Assembly (NCBI RefSeq): GCF_022837055.1
Contig: NC_062561.1
Coordinates: 744,715 to 808,714 of the forward strand
Direction: 5' to 3'
Length of the DNA: 64,000 bases
Origin: Prionailurus viverrinus
Taxonomy: Eukaryota
Position numbers and translations under genes: made by a program. Each line of letters starts with the position of its first letter. Position 1 is the first letter of the stretch. Shown one piece after another: positions 1 through 9,689 of the stretch. The notes under the pieces are model-generated. The model searched no databases. It saw only the letters and a program-made list of their open reading frames with translations, and was not told where the DNA came from.

Positions 1-496
1 GCTGCCCCAACGTTGAATAAAGCCAATGAGATCTTCCAATACAGTCAGCTATATTTTAATGCCACGCTGGACTGTTTTGTATTCTTAATGCTTAGTAAAG
101 TCCTGGTACACAGGATGCATTTACTAAACTAATAAATCACTGTGCCCACTCAAAGATCTGATGTGCCTCTCCAAATGGATCCGCTGGACCATAGATTATT
201 CTTTAGTTAACCTCAGAGTTAATTTAAATGAAATCTTGTAAATTAAGTCCACCATTCAAAGACACAAAAAATGAAAAGCTTGCTACCATAAAGATTTTAT
301 TTGCAGTTCAAAGTGAGAAAAATATTTTATCCTTAGGTGGATTATCCTAGCAACTTTGGATGACTATCTTTGTCAATCATTCATAAGGGGGACAAAATAC
401 TTTATCACGTCAATGTTTTCAATGGGGAAAAAATCTCTAGAACTTGGAAAACAAATGTTTTTTGGCCAGTTCCTTAAAACACATTTTTTTTTTTCC

Positions 497-697
497 GGGG
501 CGCCTGAGTGGCTCAGTCGGTTAAGCGTCCGACTTCGGCTCATGATCTCACCGTTCCTGAGTCAAGTCCCTCCCCAGCTCTGTGCTGATAGCTCAGAGCC
601 TGGAGCCCGATTTGGATTCTGTGTCTCCCTCTGTCAGCGCCCCCGCCGCTTGCACTGTCTCTCGCATTGTCTCAAAAATAAATAAACATTAAAAAAA
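497..697 (+). mobile_element. Felid tRNA-derived CAN-SINE (SINEC_Fc-like), full length with A-rich tail
   Basis: GGGGCGCCTGAGTGGCTCAGTCGGTTAAGCGTCCGACTTCGGCTCATGATCTC ... CTCAAAAATAAATAAACATTAAAAAAA. Confidence 0.9.
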
Positions 698-752
698 TTT
701 TTCCTATCTTTAAACAATACTTAATAAAATACAATACAACTCTGAATTATGT

Positions 753-762
753 CTGATTGGCT
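753..762 (-). promoter_or_regulatory. Inverted CCAAT box (NF-Y-type motif CTGATTGGCT), distal
   Basis: Exact decamer CTGATTGGCT at the 5' edge of the CpG island. The identical decamer recurs at 1316-1325. Confidence 0.4.
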
Positions 763-1315
763 CGTTCACATGCGTTAAACGAATCAAAATTACACAGGCA
801 CGAAAGGCCGGGCATCGCGTTCCGGCCCGCTCAGGTCTGGGCGGGAGGGGGCGCTGTTTTTCCTAGGAGGCCCAAGGCTGGGCCCTTGCGCGCTCTGGAC
901 GAGGGAGGAGGCCCCACGCGGCGTTCACCCCCCTTAAACGCTTCAGCTTCTCTTCCAGGGGGAGCTCCCGCGCTCCGGTGTTCCCCGGCCACCCCTTCCC
1001 GACCCGGGAAGCACCGGGGAACCCGCCTCCGCCGCCCGTTCCAGCTCCACACCGGAGCCCCTCCCCCCCCGAGGTACCCCGTCAGCCTCCGTCCTTTCTC
1101 CTCACTAGCCCTGACAAGCCCCTCCCCCGAGTCGTTCCCACCCCTCGCGTCAGGGGCTCCCAAACAGCCCTCCGGGACCCCTCGCCTGCGCCGGAGGTGC
1201 CCAGCGCGCTCGTCTCTCACGGCCCGAGCCGCCCCGCCCTTCCGCCGGAGCGCCCCTCCGCCCGCCCACCCGCTTCCCGTAGGCTCCGCGGGGCCCCGGC
1301 GCGCCCGCCTCCATC

Positions 1316-1325
1316 TGATTGGCTT
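1316..1325 (-). promoter_or_regulatory. Inverted CCAAT box (CTGATTGGCT), about 165 bp upstream of the ATG
   Basis: Exact CTGATTGGCT, the same decamer as at 753-762, 41 bp from a second ATTGG. Confidence 0.5.
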
Positions 1326-1354
1326 AAGCGCGTGTCGCTCCAGGGTCCCGAGCC

Positions 1355-1365
1355 CGCCATTGGCG
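1355..1365 (-). promoter_or_regulatory. Inverted CCAAT box (CGCCATTGGCGGG), proximal
   Basis: ATTGG core within a palindromic GC context, about 125 bp upstream of the ATG. Confidence 0.45.
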
Positions 1366-1484
1366 GGTTTCCCTCTCAGTCGCGTCACGCTGCCCGAGTG
1401 GATTACAGCCGAGTGCGGAGCGCTAGGAACCGCCAGGGTGTGTGTCGCAGCCGCTCGTCTTCGGCGGTTTGCTAGGCTCCTATT

Positions 1485-1709
1485 ATGGCGGCGGCGGCTG
1501 CGGCGGTTGCGGAGGAAGCGAGCGTGACCGCAGCCGTTTCAGGTGCCGACAGCAATGGTGAGTCTCCTGAAGTCGAAGGAGAAGGTGTTGGAGCAGTGGG
1601 CCAAGAGAAGGACGCAGCCACGAAAGGAGCGGAGGCCGTTGGAGACAGCGAGGAGGACGGGGAGGATGTGTTCGAGGTGGAAAAGATACTGGACATGAAG
1701 ACGGAGGGG
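1485..1709 (+). CDS. MPHOSPH8: MPHOSPH8 exon 1 coding part (75 codons, Ala-rich acidic N-terminus MAAAAAAVAEEASV...DVFEVEKILDMKTEG); 5' UTR upstream is unmapped
   Basis: This is the first in-frame ATG, with a Kozak context (A at -3, G at +4) and a TAG stop 12 nt upstream. The GTACGT donor at 1710 leaves phase 0. The C-terminal residues ...GEDVFEVEKILDMKTEG match the start of the human MPP8 chromodomain. Confidence 0.85.
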
Positions 1710-2583
1710 GTACGTGGGCGCCGGGGGAGGCGAGGCTGGGCGTGCAGGGCTTGAAGTGCAGAAGCGGGGAGCGATGGGAGTTCTGTAGAGGGTTGCCGCG
1801 CGGAAACGCGAAGCCCTCCCCGAATTCACAAGGTGGAAAAGCTTGTGCAGACACCCGACGTAGGCGGGGGAAAGGAACGTGACATCCAGAGCCGACGCAA
1901 GCGCGCGCACGTTGGGAGCCCTGCGCTGACAACCCTGGACGGACTCTTGGGCTGTCTGTGGCGGTGAGGGTACGTTTCAAGAAGTTTGAAAGGGTTGTGT
2001 GGCCAGAAGAGAGGAAGCAGTGTAGGCTGCGGTGTGTGAGTATCGAGGGGGCCGACCGTTGGTGAAGGATTTGTCACGGTCATCAGTGTTTAGATAACTG
2101 ATTGGGGCCACTGCTCAGTGCTGGAAAGGAGTGACGCTGAAATCGTGCCGCTTCTCATAGTCCGTTGTCCACGCCGTCGTCTCAGTGTTTTCCAAGGCCG
2201 TGATCGATTTTCTGCTTTCAGATCGTTCAGATCTTCTCGTGCTCAGAATCGCGTCCAGGAGGTGGCATTTAAAGGTCTCCAAAGCCTGACCATTATCTTT
2301 CCTCTCTTCTTGCATATTATGTGATTGTAGCCACACACTAATACGTGAAATTCTTCATCACACTTGGCGCTTACTGTTCTCTTTCTCCTCAGTCTCTCAG
2401 GTCTTGCTCTCTCTCCCGGAGTCAGTTTGTCTGTGAAATCCTTTTTTGACCCTGGTCCCTGCAGAGTGAGGTGCTTCTTCATTTATGCCCTTGTAACACT
2501 TTGTTTAGACCTCTGTTTTAGCACTTAAAGCACTAATCTTTATATATGTCTGCCTCTCCTGCTAGGTTTAGGCTCCTTTAAAT

Positions 2584-2798
2584 TTTTTTTTTTTTCAACG
2601 TTTATTTATTTTTGGGGCAGAGAGAGACACAGCATGAATGGGGGAGGGGCAGAGAGAGAGGGAGACACAGCATCGGAAACAGGCTCCAGGCTCCGAGCCA
2701 TCAGCCCAGAGCCCCACGCAGGGCTCGAACTCCCGGACCGGGAGATCGTGACCTGGCTGAAGTCGGATGCTTAACCGACTGCGCCACCCAGGCGCCCC
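2584..2798 (-). mobile_element. Felid CAN-SINE, antisense, with a target-site duplication of about 13 bp (TAGGCTCCTTTAA)
   Basis: Poly-T head then TTTATTTATTTTTGGGGCAGAGAGAGACACAGCATGAATGGGGGAGGGGCAGAGAGAGAGGGAGACACAG ... GGCGCCCC. The flanks repeat GGCTCCTTTAA. Confidence 0.9.
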
Positions 2799-3365
2799 TA
2801 GGCTCCTTTAATACAGGAAATATGATTATTATTACTTTTTGTATCAGTGGTACTCAATCCACTGCCTGTCGTGCAGTAAGTGCTTTGTGTATATCACATT
2901 ATTGAATGAGTGAATGAATCATGGACTGCAGGCTGGGGTGAAGGAGAGAGGGTGGAAGGATGGACCCTCTAGGAAACTAGTAACTAATTTGTCTCAGTAG
3001 GTAAGTGTGAGATGACCAAAGGTCCCATAGCGTAGTCGGATCGGTATGTTCTTTTTATTGTCTGTTATTTTCTATTTGTCACGTGCTACTTTGTGTTAAT
3101 TTTTTTGTCCATTCAGCAAACTTTTTTTTTTTTTTAATCACATATTTTGTGCTAGGTGCAGTGTTAAGTTCTGAGGATACAGAGATGAATTGTAGCGTAC
3201 ATGGTTGCTTACACTGAAAAGTTCTGGCTATTGAGGATAAATAATTGAAGTCTAATGCCATTAATATTATTGTTAGTTGCAATACAGTAAACGTAGGAAC
3301 TTTGTTTTGTATAGTTTTCCCAAATATATTACAAAAGCGCCTTGATGAGAGTAGAGCCAGTCTTT

Positions 3366-3576
3366 TTAAAAAATTTTTAATGTTCATTTATTTTGAGAGA
3401 GAGAGAGAGCGTGAACAGGGGAGGAGCAGAGAGAGAGGGAGACACAGACTCTGAAGCAGGCTCCAGGCTCTGAGCTGTCAGCACAGCGCCTGACGCAGGG
3501 CTCGAACCCACAAACCACAAGATTATGATCTGACCTGAAGTCGGATGCTTAACCAACTGAGCCACCCAGATGCCCC
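3366..3576 (-). mobile_element. Felid CAN-SINE, antisense
   Basis: TTTTAATGTTCATTTATTTTGAGAGAGAG...GAGCCACCCAGATGCCCC. The flanking AGAGTAGAGCCAGTCTT / AGAATAGAGCCAATCTT sequences look like a degraded target-site duplication. Confidence 0.88.
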
Positions 3577-3663
3577 AAGAGAATAGAGCCAATCTTAAAC
3601 TGTTTTTGTATCACCTTCATTTAATACAAGTGCTTGGCACATATAAGATATTTAGAAAAATCT

Positions 3664-3856
3664 GGGCACCTGGGTGGCTCAGGTGGTTAAGCATCCGACT
3701 CTTGATTTCAGTTCAGGTTGTCATCTCCTGTTTCCTGAGCCCTGTGTAGGGCTCTGCACTGACAGTGGAGAGCCAGCTCGGGATTCTCTCTCTCCCTCTC
3801 TGTCTCTCTGCCCCTCCCCCCGCCTTAAACCAATTAAATAAACCTTTAAAAAAAAG
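3664..3856 (+). mobile_element. CAN-SINE (the CTCTTGATTTCAG variant), with target-site duplication AAGATATTTAGAAAAAT
   Basis: GGGCACCTGGGTGGCTCAGGTGGTTAAGCATCCGACTCTTGATTTCAG...AAATAAACCTTTAAAAAAAA. The duplication appears at about 3646-3662 and 3855-3871. Confidence 0.85.
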
Positions 3857-4844
3857 ATATTTAGAAAAATATTTGGTTAAGAGAGTAAAAGCTTTAGAAT
3901 TAAGGTGATTCACCTATTTGGTATAATATTTTTTAATGTATTTTAATTCCAATATAGTTAAGTTCATACAGTATTTAATATATCTGGTCCCAAAGAATTG
4001 TAGGCACTATACCCAAAGTCTCATATTCTAGTCAAAAGTGGATGAAACTAAGAAGCTTAAGTGTTTAAGACATTAAGGGTACAAATGGGTGAGATTTCTA
4101 GTTCTCAGGGCCTTGTATTTTTAGATGCTCTTGCAAATGAGTGATTTGTAAGATGAAAGTATTAACTCAGCAGAACAGGACTGTGGCAGTTACTTTAGAA
4201 GTACTGCTGAGTGAGCCAGCCAGTTGAAAAACAAAAGGGTCCTGGTAGCAGTTTGTTTGGCCTTCTTATAATCTTATCGTCTATGGTATTTCTGTTGTTC
4301 GCAAGCCACCAGACTGTGCTATCCTGATAGATAAAGACCGTCATTATGATGAGGGTTGGCTTGGCGGAACAGCATCAATGCTAAATTTATATATAAATTT
4401 ATTTATTGGCGTTTATATATTCTTTCAGTTTATTGCTAATTTTTTGTATGTTTTCAGAAGAATTAAATGAATCTGACAAATCTTGGGTTTTACCTTCAAT
4501 TTTGAATAGGAGTCATTTTTATATAATAAAAAACTGGCATTTTTTTAGTGCCAGTTTATGGGCATTTGATTTGATTTTGTAGTGTATAAGTAAATACTTT
4601 AGTTACACAATTTAGTGAATTATCACAAAGCCAACACCTGTGTAACCTCCACCCAAATGAGGAAATATTAGACTGCCATCCCTAAAAACCTCTTTTGAAT
4701 CCCCTTTTCGATCAGTACCCCCATCCTCACCCAGAATCATTGTCCTGAATTATTATATGATAATAGGTTTCGTGCTTTGCTTTGTAATTTTTCCATCTAA
4801 GGATGCATTCCTTGACACTTGAGTGTCATTTTACCTGTTTTTTT

Positions 4845-4916
4845 CTTTCTCTCTTTCTTTCTTTCCTTCTTTCTTTCTTTTCATACTTTCTTTTCATTTA
4901 TTTATTGATTTATTAG
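4845..4916. repeat. (CTTT)n/(TTTA)n microsatellite-like tract abutting the SINE tail
   Basis: ttctttctctctttctttctttccttctttctttcttttcat...tttatttattgatttatt. Confidence 0.7.
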
Positions 4917-5093
4917 TTTATTTATTTATTTTGAGAGAGAGTGTGTGCTGGAGGGGTAGAGAGAGAGAGAGCAGGTTCTGCACTGTCAGCACGTGGAGCC
5001 CAATGCGGTGCTCGAACTCACCAACTGTGAGATCATGACCTGAGCCGAAATCAGTAGTCAGACACTGAACCAACTGAGCCACCCAGGTGCCCC
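4917..5093 (-). mobile_element. Felid CAN-SINE, antisense
   Basis: TTTATTTATTTTGAGAGAGAGTGTG...AACCAACTGAGCCACCCAGGTGCCCC. Confidence 0.88.
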
Positions 5094-6193
5094 TTTTTCT
5101 TTCATTTAAATGGAATTTCACAATATTTATTTTGTGTGTCTGGGTTTTTCCCTCAACAATATCTTTGTGAGATTTAATCCATGTTGTGTGGAGCTGTATT
5201 TTATTTCATTTTCATTGCTGCACATTATTCGGGTGCATGTATATATTACAGCCTATCTTTTCTCCTACTGTTAAGGGGCATTTGGGTTGTTTCCAGGTTT
5301 TGGCTGTTACGAATAATGCTTCTGTGATGAACATGTCTCCTGATACATTGTGTACATGTTTCCCTTGGTTATAAACACTAAATGGAATTGTTCAGACTTA
5401 AGGGACACAGGTATCTTCAACGTTCAGTGGAAACTATTTTTGAAAGCAGTTGTACCAATTTACACTATTACTAATGGTTTATGAGATTCCCTTTTGTTTT
5501 GCATCCTGTCAGCACTTGATATGGTCAGACTTTTTATTTCTAGCCAGTTCTGATGGGTTCATGATGGTATTTCCTACTTTTAATTTGTATTTTTCTGATC
5601 CTACATTAGTAATCAGTGTTGAAATCATTGAGCATCTTTTCATATACTTAATGGAGATTTAGTTATCCTCTTTTATGAAATGTCTTTCTACTGGGTTGTC
5701 TGTCTTTATTGATTTGTTGATACGTATTTTGATTCATACCTTTTGTTGGTGATGTGAGCAGATCTCTTTCCCTGCTATCTTTTGATGAACAGTTTATATA
5801 GTTAAGGAAACTGTCGTGATGTTGAGTGCTTTTTATGTTTGGTTTGAGAAATCTTTCTCTACCCTAGATATTCTCTATAATTTTTTTTCTAGGTGCTCTT
5901 TTGTTTTCCCTTTCAGATTTTATGTTTAACACTTCACTTAGAATTGATTTTGTGCGTAGTGTAATGTGAGGGTCATGTTTCATTGAGCAGATCTTTCTTA
6001 TTTTTCTCTAACAATGCTTTATAGATTTTAGAATTAACTTGCCAATTTCCTTACATAAAAACTTGGGATTTTTATTGGAATTTGCATTGAATCTGTGGAT
6101 AAATTTAGGATCAGTTTAATTTCTTTCAGTAATGTCTTATAGTTTTCTGTGTTGAGGTCTTAAACATCTTTTATTAAATATATTTTTAGGTAG

Positions 6194-6398
6194 GGGCACC
6201 TGGGTGGCTCAGTCGGTTAAGCATCCAACTTCAGCTCAGGTCATGATCTCGTGGTCCGTGAGTTTGAGCCCCACATCGGGCTCTGTGCTGACAGCTCAGA
6301 GCCTGGAACCTGCTTCAGATTCTGTGTCTCCCTCTGGCCCTCCCCTGCTCATGCTCTGTCTCACTCTCTCTCTCAAAAATAAATAAACATTAAAAAAA
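6194..6398 (+). mobile_element. Felid CAN-SINE with target-site duplication (TATTTTTAGGTA)
   Basis: GGGGCACCTGGGTGGCTCAGTCGGTTAAGCATCCAACTTCAGCTCAGGTCATGATCTCGTGG...AAATAAACATTAAAAAAAA. The duplication appears at 6181-6192 and 6411-6422. Confidence 0.9.
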
Positions 6399-6644
6399 AT
6401 TTTTTTAATGTATTTTTAGGTATATTTGGTATTTTTGATGCAATAATAGTCTTTTTGAAAATTCCATTGTGTTTGTTGCTCATATACAGAAATACATTTG
6501 ATTTATGCGTATGTGCCCTCAGTTGGTTAAAGAAATTCCCTTCTATCTCTAGTTACTAAATAATTTTATGAATGGGTGTTGAATTTCATTAAAATTTTTT
6601 TTCTGCATCTGTCAAGGTGATCACATAATTTTTCTCATTTAAGT

Positions 6645-6858
6645 TTACTTATTTATTTTGAGAAAGAGACTGTGAGCAGGGGAGGGGCAGTGAGAGAGAG
6701 AGGGAGAGGGAGAGGGAGAGGGAGAGGGAGAGAATCCCAAGCAGGCTCCATGCTGTCAGTGCAGAGCCCAATGTGGGGCCTGAACCCACAAACTGAGATC
6801 ATGACCTGAGCCCAAACCATGAGTCAGATGCTTAACTGACTAAGCCACCCAGGCTCCT
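6645..6858 (-). mobile_element. Felid CAN-SINE, antisense, containing an internal (GGGAGA)n expansion
   Basis: TTACTTATTTATTTTGAGAAAGAGACTGTGAGCAGGGGAGGGGCAGTGAGAGAGAGAGGGAGAGGGAGAGGGAGAGGGAGAGGGAGAGAATCC...AAGCCACCCAGGCTCC. Confidence 0.88.
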
Positions 6859-7179
6859 CTCTAACATCTTGAGGTGGATACATAGCTAACTGTTTTTCAG
6901 CCTTTGTTTTTTTTCAAATTATATGCCTTTAGTACTATAAATTATCCTCTGATCTTAGTTTAGGTGCAACTCATAAATTATGTTTGTACTATGTTTTCAT
7001 TCAGGTAAAAATATTTTCCAATATATAACTTGTGTGTAAATACATTGCTTAATTTCTAAACATTTGAGAGTATTACTAATATTCCATGTGCTTAAAAAAA
7101 TTTTAATTTTAACTGACATATATCTATATATTGTTTAACATTGAATATTTGCTTGATTAATTGGGTTATTTAAAATCTC

Positions 7180-7381
7180 GGGGTGCCTGGGTGGCGCAGT
7201 CGGTTGAGCGTCCGACTTCAGCCAGGTCACGATCTCGCGGTCCGTGAGTTTGAGCCCCGCGTCGGGCTCTGGGCTGATGGCTCAGAGCCTGGAGCCTGTT
7301 TCCGATTCTGTGTCTCCCTCTCTCTCTGCCCCTCCCCCGTTCATGCTCTGTCTCTCTCTGTCCCAAAAATAAATAAACGTT
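7180..7381 (+). mobile_element. Young-subfamily felid SINE, copy A of a head-to-tail tandem pair
   Basis: It has the diagnostic features GGCGCAGTCGG, the CAGCCAGGTCACGATCTCGCGG deletion variant, GGGCTGATGGCTCAGAGCC, CCTGTTTCCGATTCTG and CCCGTTCATGCTCTGTCTCTCTCTGTCCCAAAAATAAATAAACGTT. Its CpGs are intact. Confidence 0.9.
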
Positions 7382-7594
7382 GGGGCGCCTGGGTGGCGCA
7401 GTCGGTTAAGCGTCCGACTTCAGCCAGGTCACGATCTCGCGGCCCGTGAGTTCGAGCCCCGCGTCAGGCTGTGGGCTGATGGCTCAGAGCCTGGAGCCTG
7501 TTTCCGATTCTGTGTCTCCCTCTCTCTCTGCCCCTCCCCCGTTCATGCTCTGCCTCTCTCTGTCCCAAAAATAAATAAATGTTGAAAAAAAAAA
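7382..7594 (+). mobile_element. Young-subfamily felid SINE, copy B, inserted exactly at the tail of copy A and followed by an extra duplicated tail fragment (7607-7660)
   Basis: About 97-98% identical to copy A. The tail is AAATAAATGTTGAAAAAAAAAA, then T12, then AAAAATAAACGTTGAAAAAAAAAAATTAAAAAAAAAATAAATAAATAAATAAAA. Confidence 0.88.
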
Positions 7595-9139
7595 TTTTTT
7601 TTTTTTAAAAATAAACGTTGAAAAAAAAAAATTAAAAAAAAAATAAATAAATAAATAAAATCTATAATATTGTTGCCAGCAAGCAAGGCAGCCATTACTT
7701 AGGAAGTTGAAGCTAGAAATATGGGAAACTAATTTGAGAATAATTTACATGCATGAGCTGTTCTCAGTTTCATATTCCTAATATTATTGATTATTGTAAC
7801 ATTTTTTATGACGTGTTCCTTGTCGACTTTAAAGCAACACTAAAACAGATAGATATTTTTACTTCTATTATTAACACATTTGGAATCCATTGAAATGCTT
7901 AATTACAGTTGCACTTTTTTTTTTTTAACATTTCATGCTTATAATACACTGGGACCCATTGGCCTTGAGACTTTATGTATGCACTTTTGGAGGATAGGAG
8001 GACTGTCTTCTGCCTTTTTGGTTTGGCTCACTGAGTAAGCTAAAAGAAAACTTGGCTACCAAGAAAATAGACTGTTTCTGGCATTTTGAAGATAAATTTA
8101 TCATGAAATTTAATATATGGCAAAGCCCTGGGCAATATTTGGATCTACAGGATTTCTGTAAAAGAACATATAGTTCATGGATTTAATCTGTTTTCTATAC
8201 TGTTGTATCTCTAAGACTCAAAGTTCCTAACATATAGTGACTTTCAATAAATATTTGTTCAATGAATGAATGAAACAAAACTGCTGAAATAAAGATCAAT
8301 AACAGTTATTAACAAATGAAATCTGGAGCTAGAATTGAGATGTGCTACTTAATACTTGAGAATGGTTGTTCATGCACTTACTCTCATTGACCAGGTTGAG
8401 CTTAATTGACAGCTAGCACTAAATTTATAACTGTGTTCAATGTAGAAGTAAATGTTTACTAGTTTTTTTTACTGTTTTTTTTTTTAGTCATCAGAAAAGT
8501 TGTAAGAATTATATATAGCCTCACATATACCTTCATGCATATCCCCCAGTTGTTAATACTAATTTTGTCTTTTTCCTCTATTTATATACATTTTTTTCTG
8601 TCCCATTTGAAGGTAAATAAGGGTTTAAAAGCTACATTGAGTAGCAGATACTACTGTTTCTATGTACACATAAAAATAATGGGGCACAAGCATCGGTCCC
8701 TTCATCCTGTTATGTAACTGACCCATCACACTGTATCAGTTTAGACTTAGTTATTATTTTAAGATTATGAGGCTTATCTTTAAAAGTTAAGTTGCACTTT
8801 TTTCCCATTATTTCTTAGTTTTCAATTCTACTAGTTTCCAATCCAAGACCGATGTTGGTCTTTCTACAGGTGGCAGAATGATTGAAAGGCAGTGTAGGTA
8901 TGTTGAAGGGTAAAAGGAGAGGGACCAGCACTTGGCCTTTGGTTTGGAAAGTTTATTGCCTCGGTGGTTGTGTGAATAACATCGGGCAGGTGTTAAGTGT
9001 AAGATAGAATAGTGCTCTGCAGGTCAAGCGGAAAACTATTTCATCTATTCTTGCTTCTCAGTGAGATTGGATATTGAGCAGAAAAGATAAACCAGAACTC
9101 TGGAGGAGCAGAAATTTGGAATATATGTGATAAAGACTT

Positions 9140-9349
9140 TTTTTAATGTTTACTTATTTTTGAGAGAGTGAGCATGAACGGGGGAGGGGCAGAAAGAGAA
9201 GGAGACAGAGGATCTGAAGCAGGCTCTCCACTGACAGCTGAAACCACAAACAGTATTCAAACTCACGAACCCGTGAGATCATAACCTGAGCTGAAATCAA
9301 GAGTCAGACCCTTACCCAACTGACCCACCCAAGCACCCCAATGTATGAT
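9140..9349 (-). mobile_element. Felid CAN-SINE, antisense, older (CpG-decayed)
   Basis: TTTTTTTAATGTTTACTTATTTTTGAGAGAGTGAGCATGAACGGGGGAGGGGCAG...CCCACCCAAGCACCCC. The flanks carry a degraded TGATAAAGA target-site duplication. Confidence 0.85.
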
Positions 9350-9689
9350 AAAGATTTGATAGCCATAAAACATTAAAAAGAAAAATTATTATAAATGAGT
9401 GAGAAAATGGGCAAACGACAATAGGTAATTTTTAAGTCTTGTTTATTGTAGTTTCACATACATGTTTCTCTATTTATGTATCTTAAAATTTGCCATCTTA
9501 ATGTTTTTAAGGGCAAATGCATAGAGACAGAAGAGTCGTTAAGTACATTTGGGTAGATATGCAGCCATCACCACTGTCCATCTCTAGAACTTTTTCATCT
9601 TTCCAAATGAAACTGTCCCTATTAAACAATAATTCTCCTCCCCTGAACCCCTGGTATCCACCATTCTACCTTCTGTCTCGGTGAATCTG

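Larger units (their letters stand above)
760..2100. promoter_or_regulatory. MPHOSPH8: CpG island / TATA-less promoter of MPHOSPH8 spanning the 5' flank, exon 1 and the start of intron 1
   Basis: GC content is roughly 65-70% with dense CpG dinucleotides, in contrast to the AT-rich flanks. It contains GC boxes (CCGCCC at about 1233 and 1258-1270). An in-frame stop TAG lies 12 nt upstream of the ATG. Long GC-driven spurious ORFs occur on both strands. Confidence 0.85.

Noticed and set aside
1-496. A possible 3' end of an upstream gene (AATAAA at 17-22 on the + strand; TTTATT at about 295-300 for the - strand)
   Set aside because: No ORF, splice signal or recognizable UTR motif supports it. Hexamers like these are frequent in AT-rich DNA. 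I leave it unannotated.
1558-1563. GGTGAGT inside the exon 1 coding region (AATG|GTGAGTCT) as a possible earlier splice donor
   Set aside because: The ORF reads straight through it to the conserved ...DVFEVEKILDMKTEG chromodomain start. Only the donor at 1710 places exon 2 in frame. It could be a cryptic site but is not the main donor.
757-1980. Long ORFs of 256 aa (+), 185 aa (-), 165 aa (+) and 165 aa (-) overlapping the promoter
   Set aside because: They are products of a 65-70% GC CpG island where stop codons are rare. The translations are Pro/Ala/Arg/Gly low-complexity with no recognizable domains, and they overlap each other on both strands. The real start codon of the locus is the ATG at 1485.
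6204-6386. Recurrent short ORFs of the form MAQSVKHPTSAQVMISWSV... or GAPGWRSRLSVRLQPGHDLAVREFEPR... (e.g. 7183-7449, 10748-10982, 13700-13894, 17778-17963, 20366-20548, 23242-23481, 38567-38752, 42664-43076, 61657-61848)
   Set aside because: All are translations of SINE bodies in one orientation or the other. They repeat because the SINE repeats, not because of a gene family.
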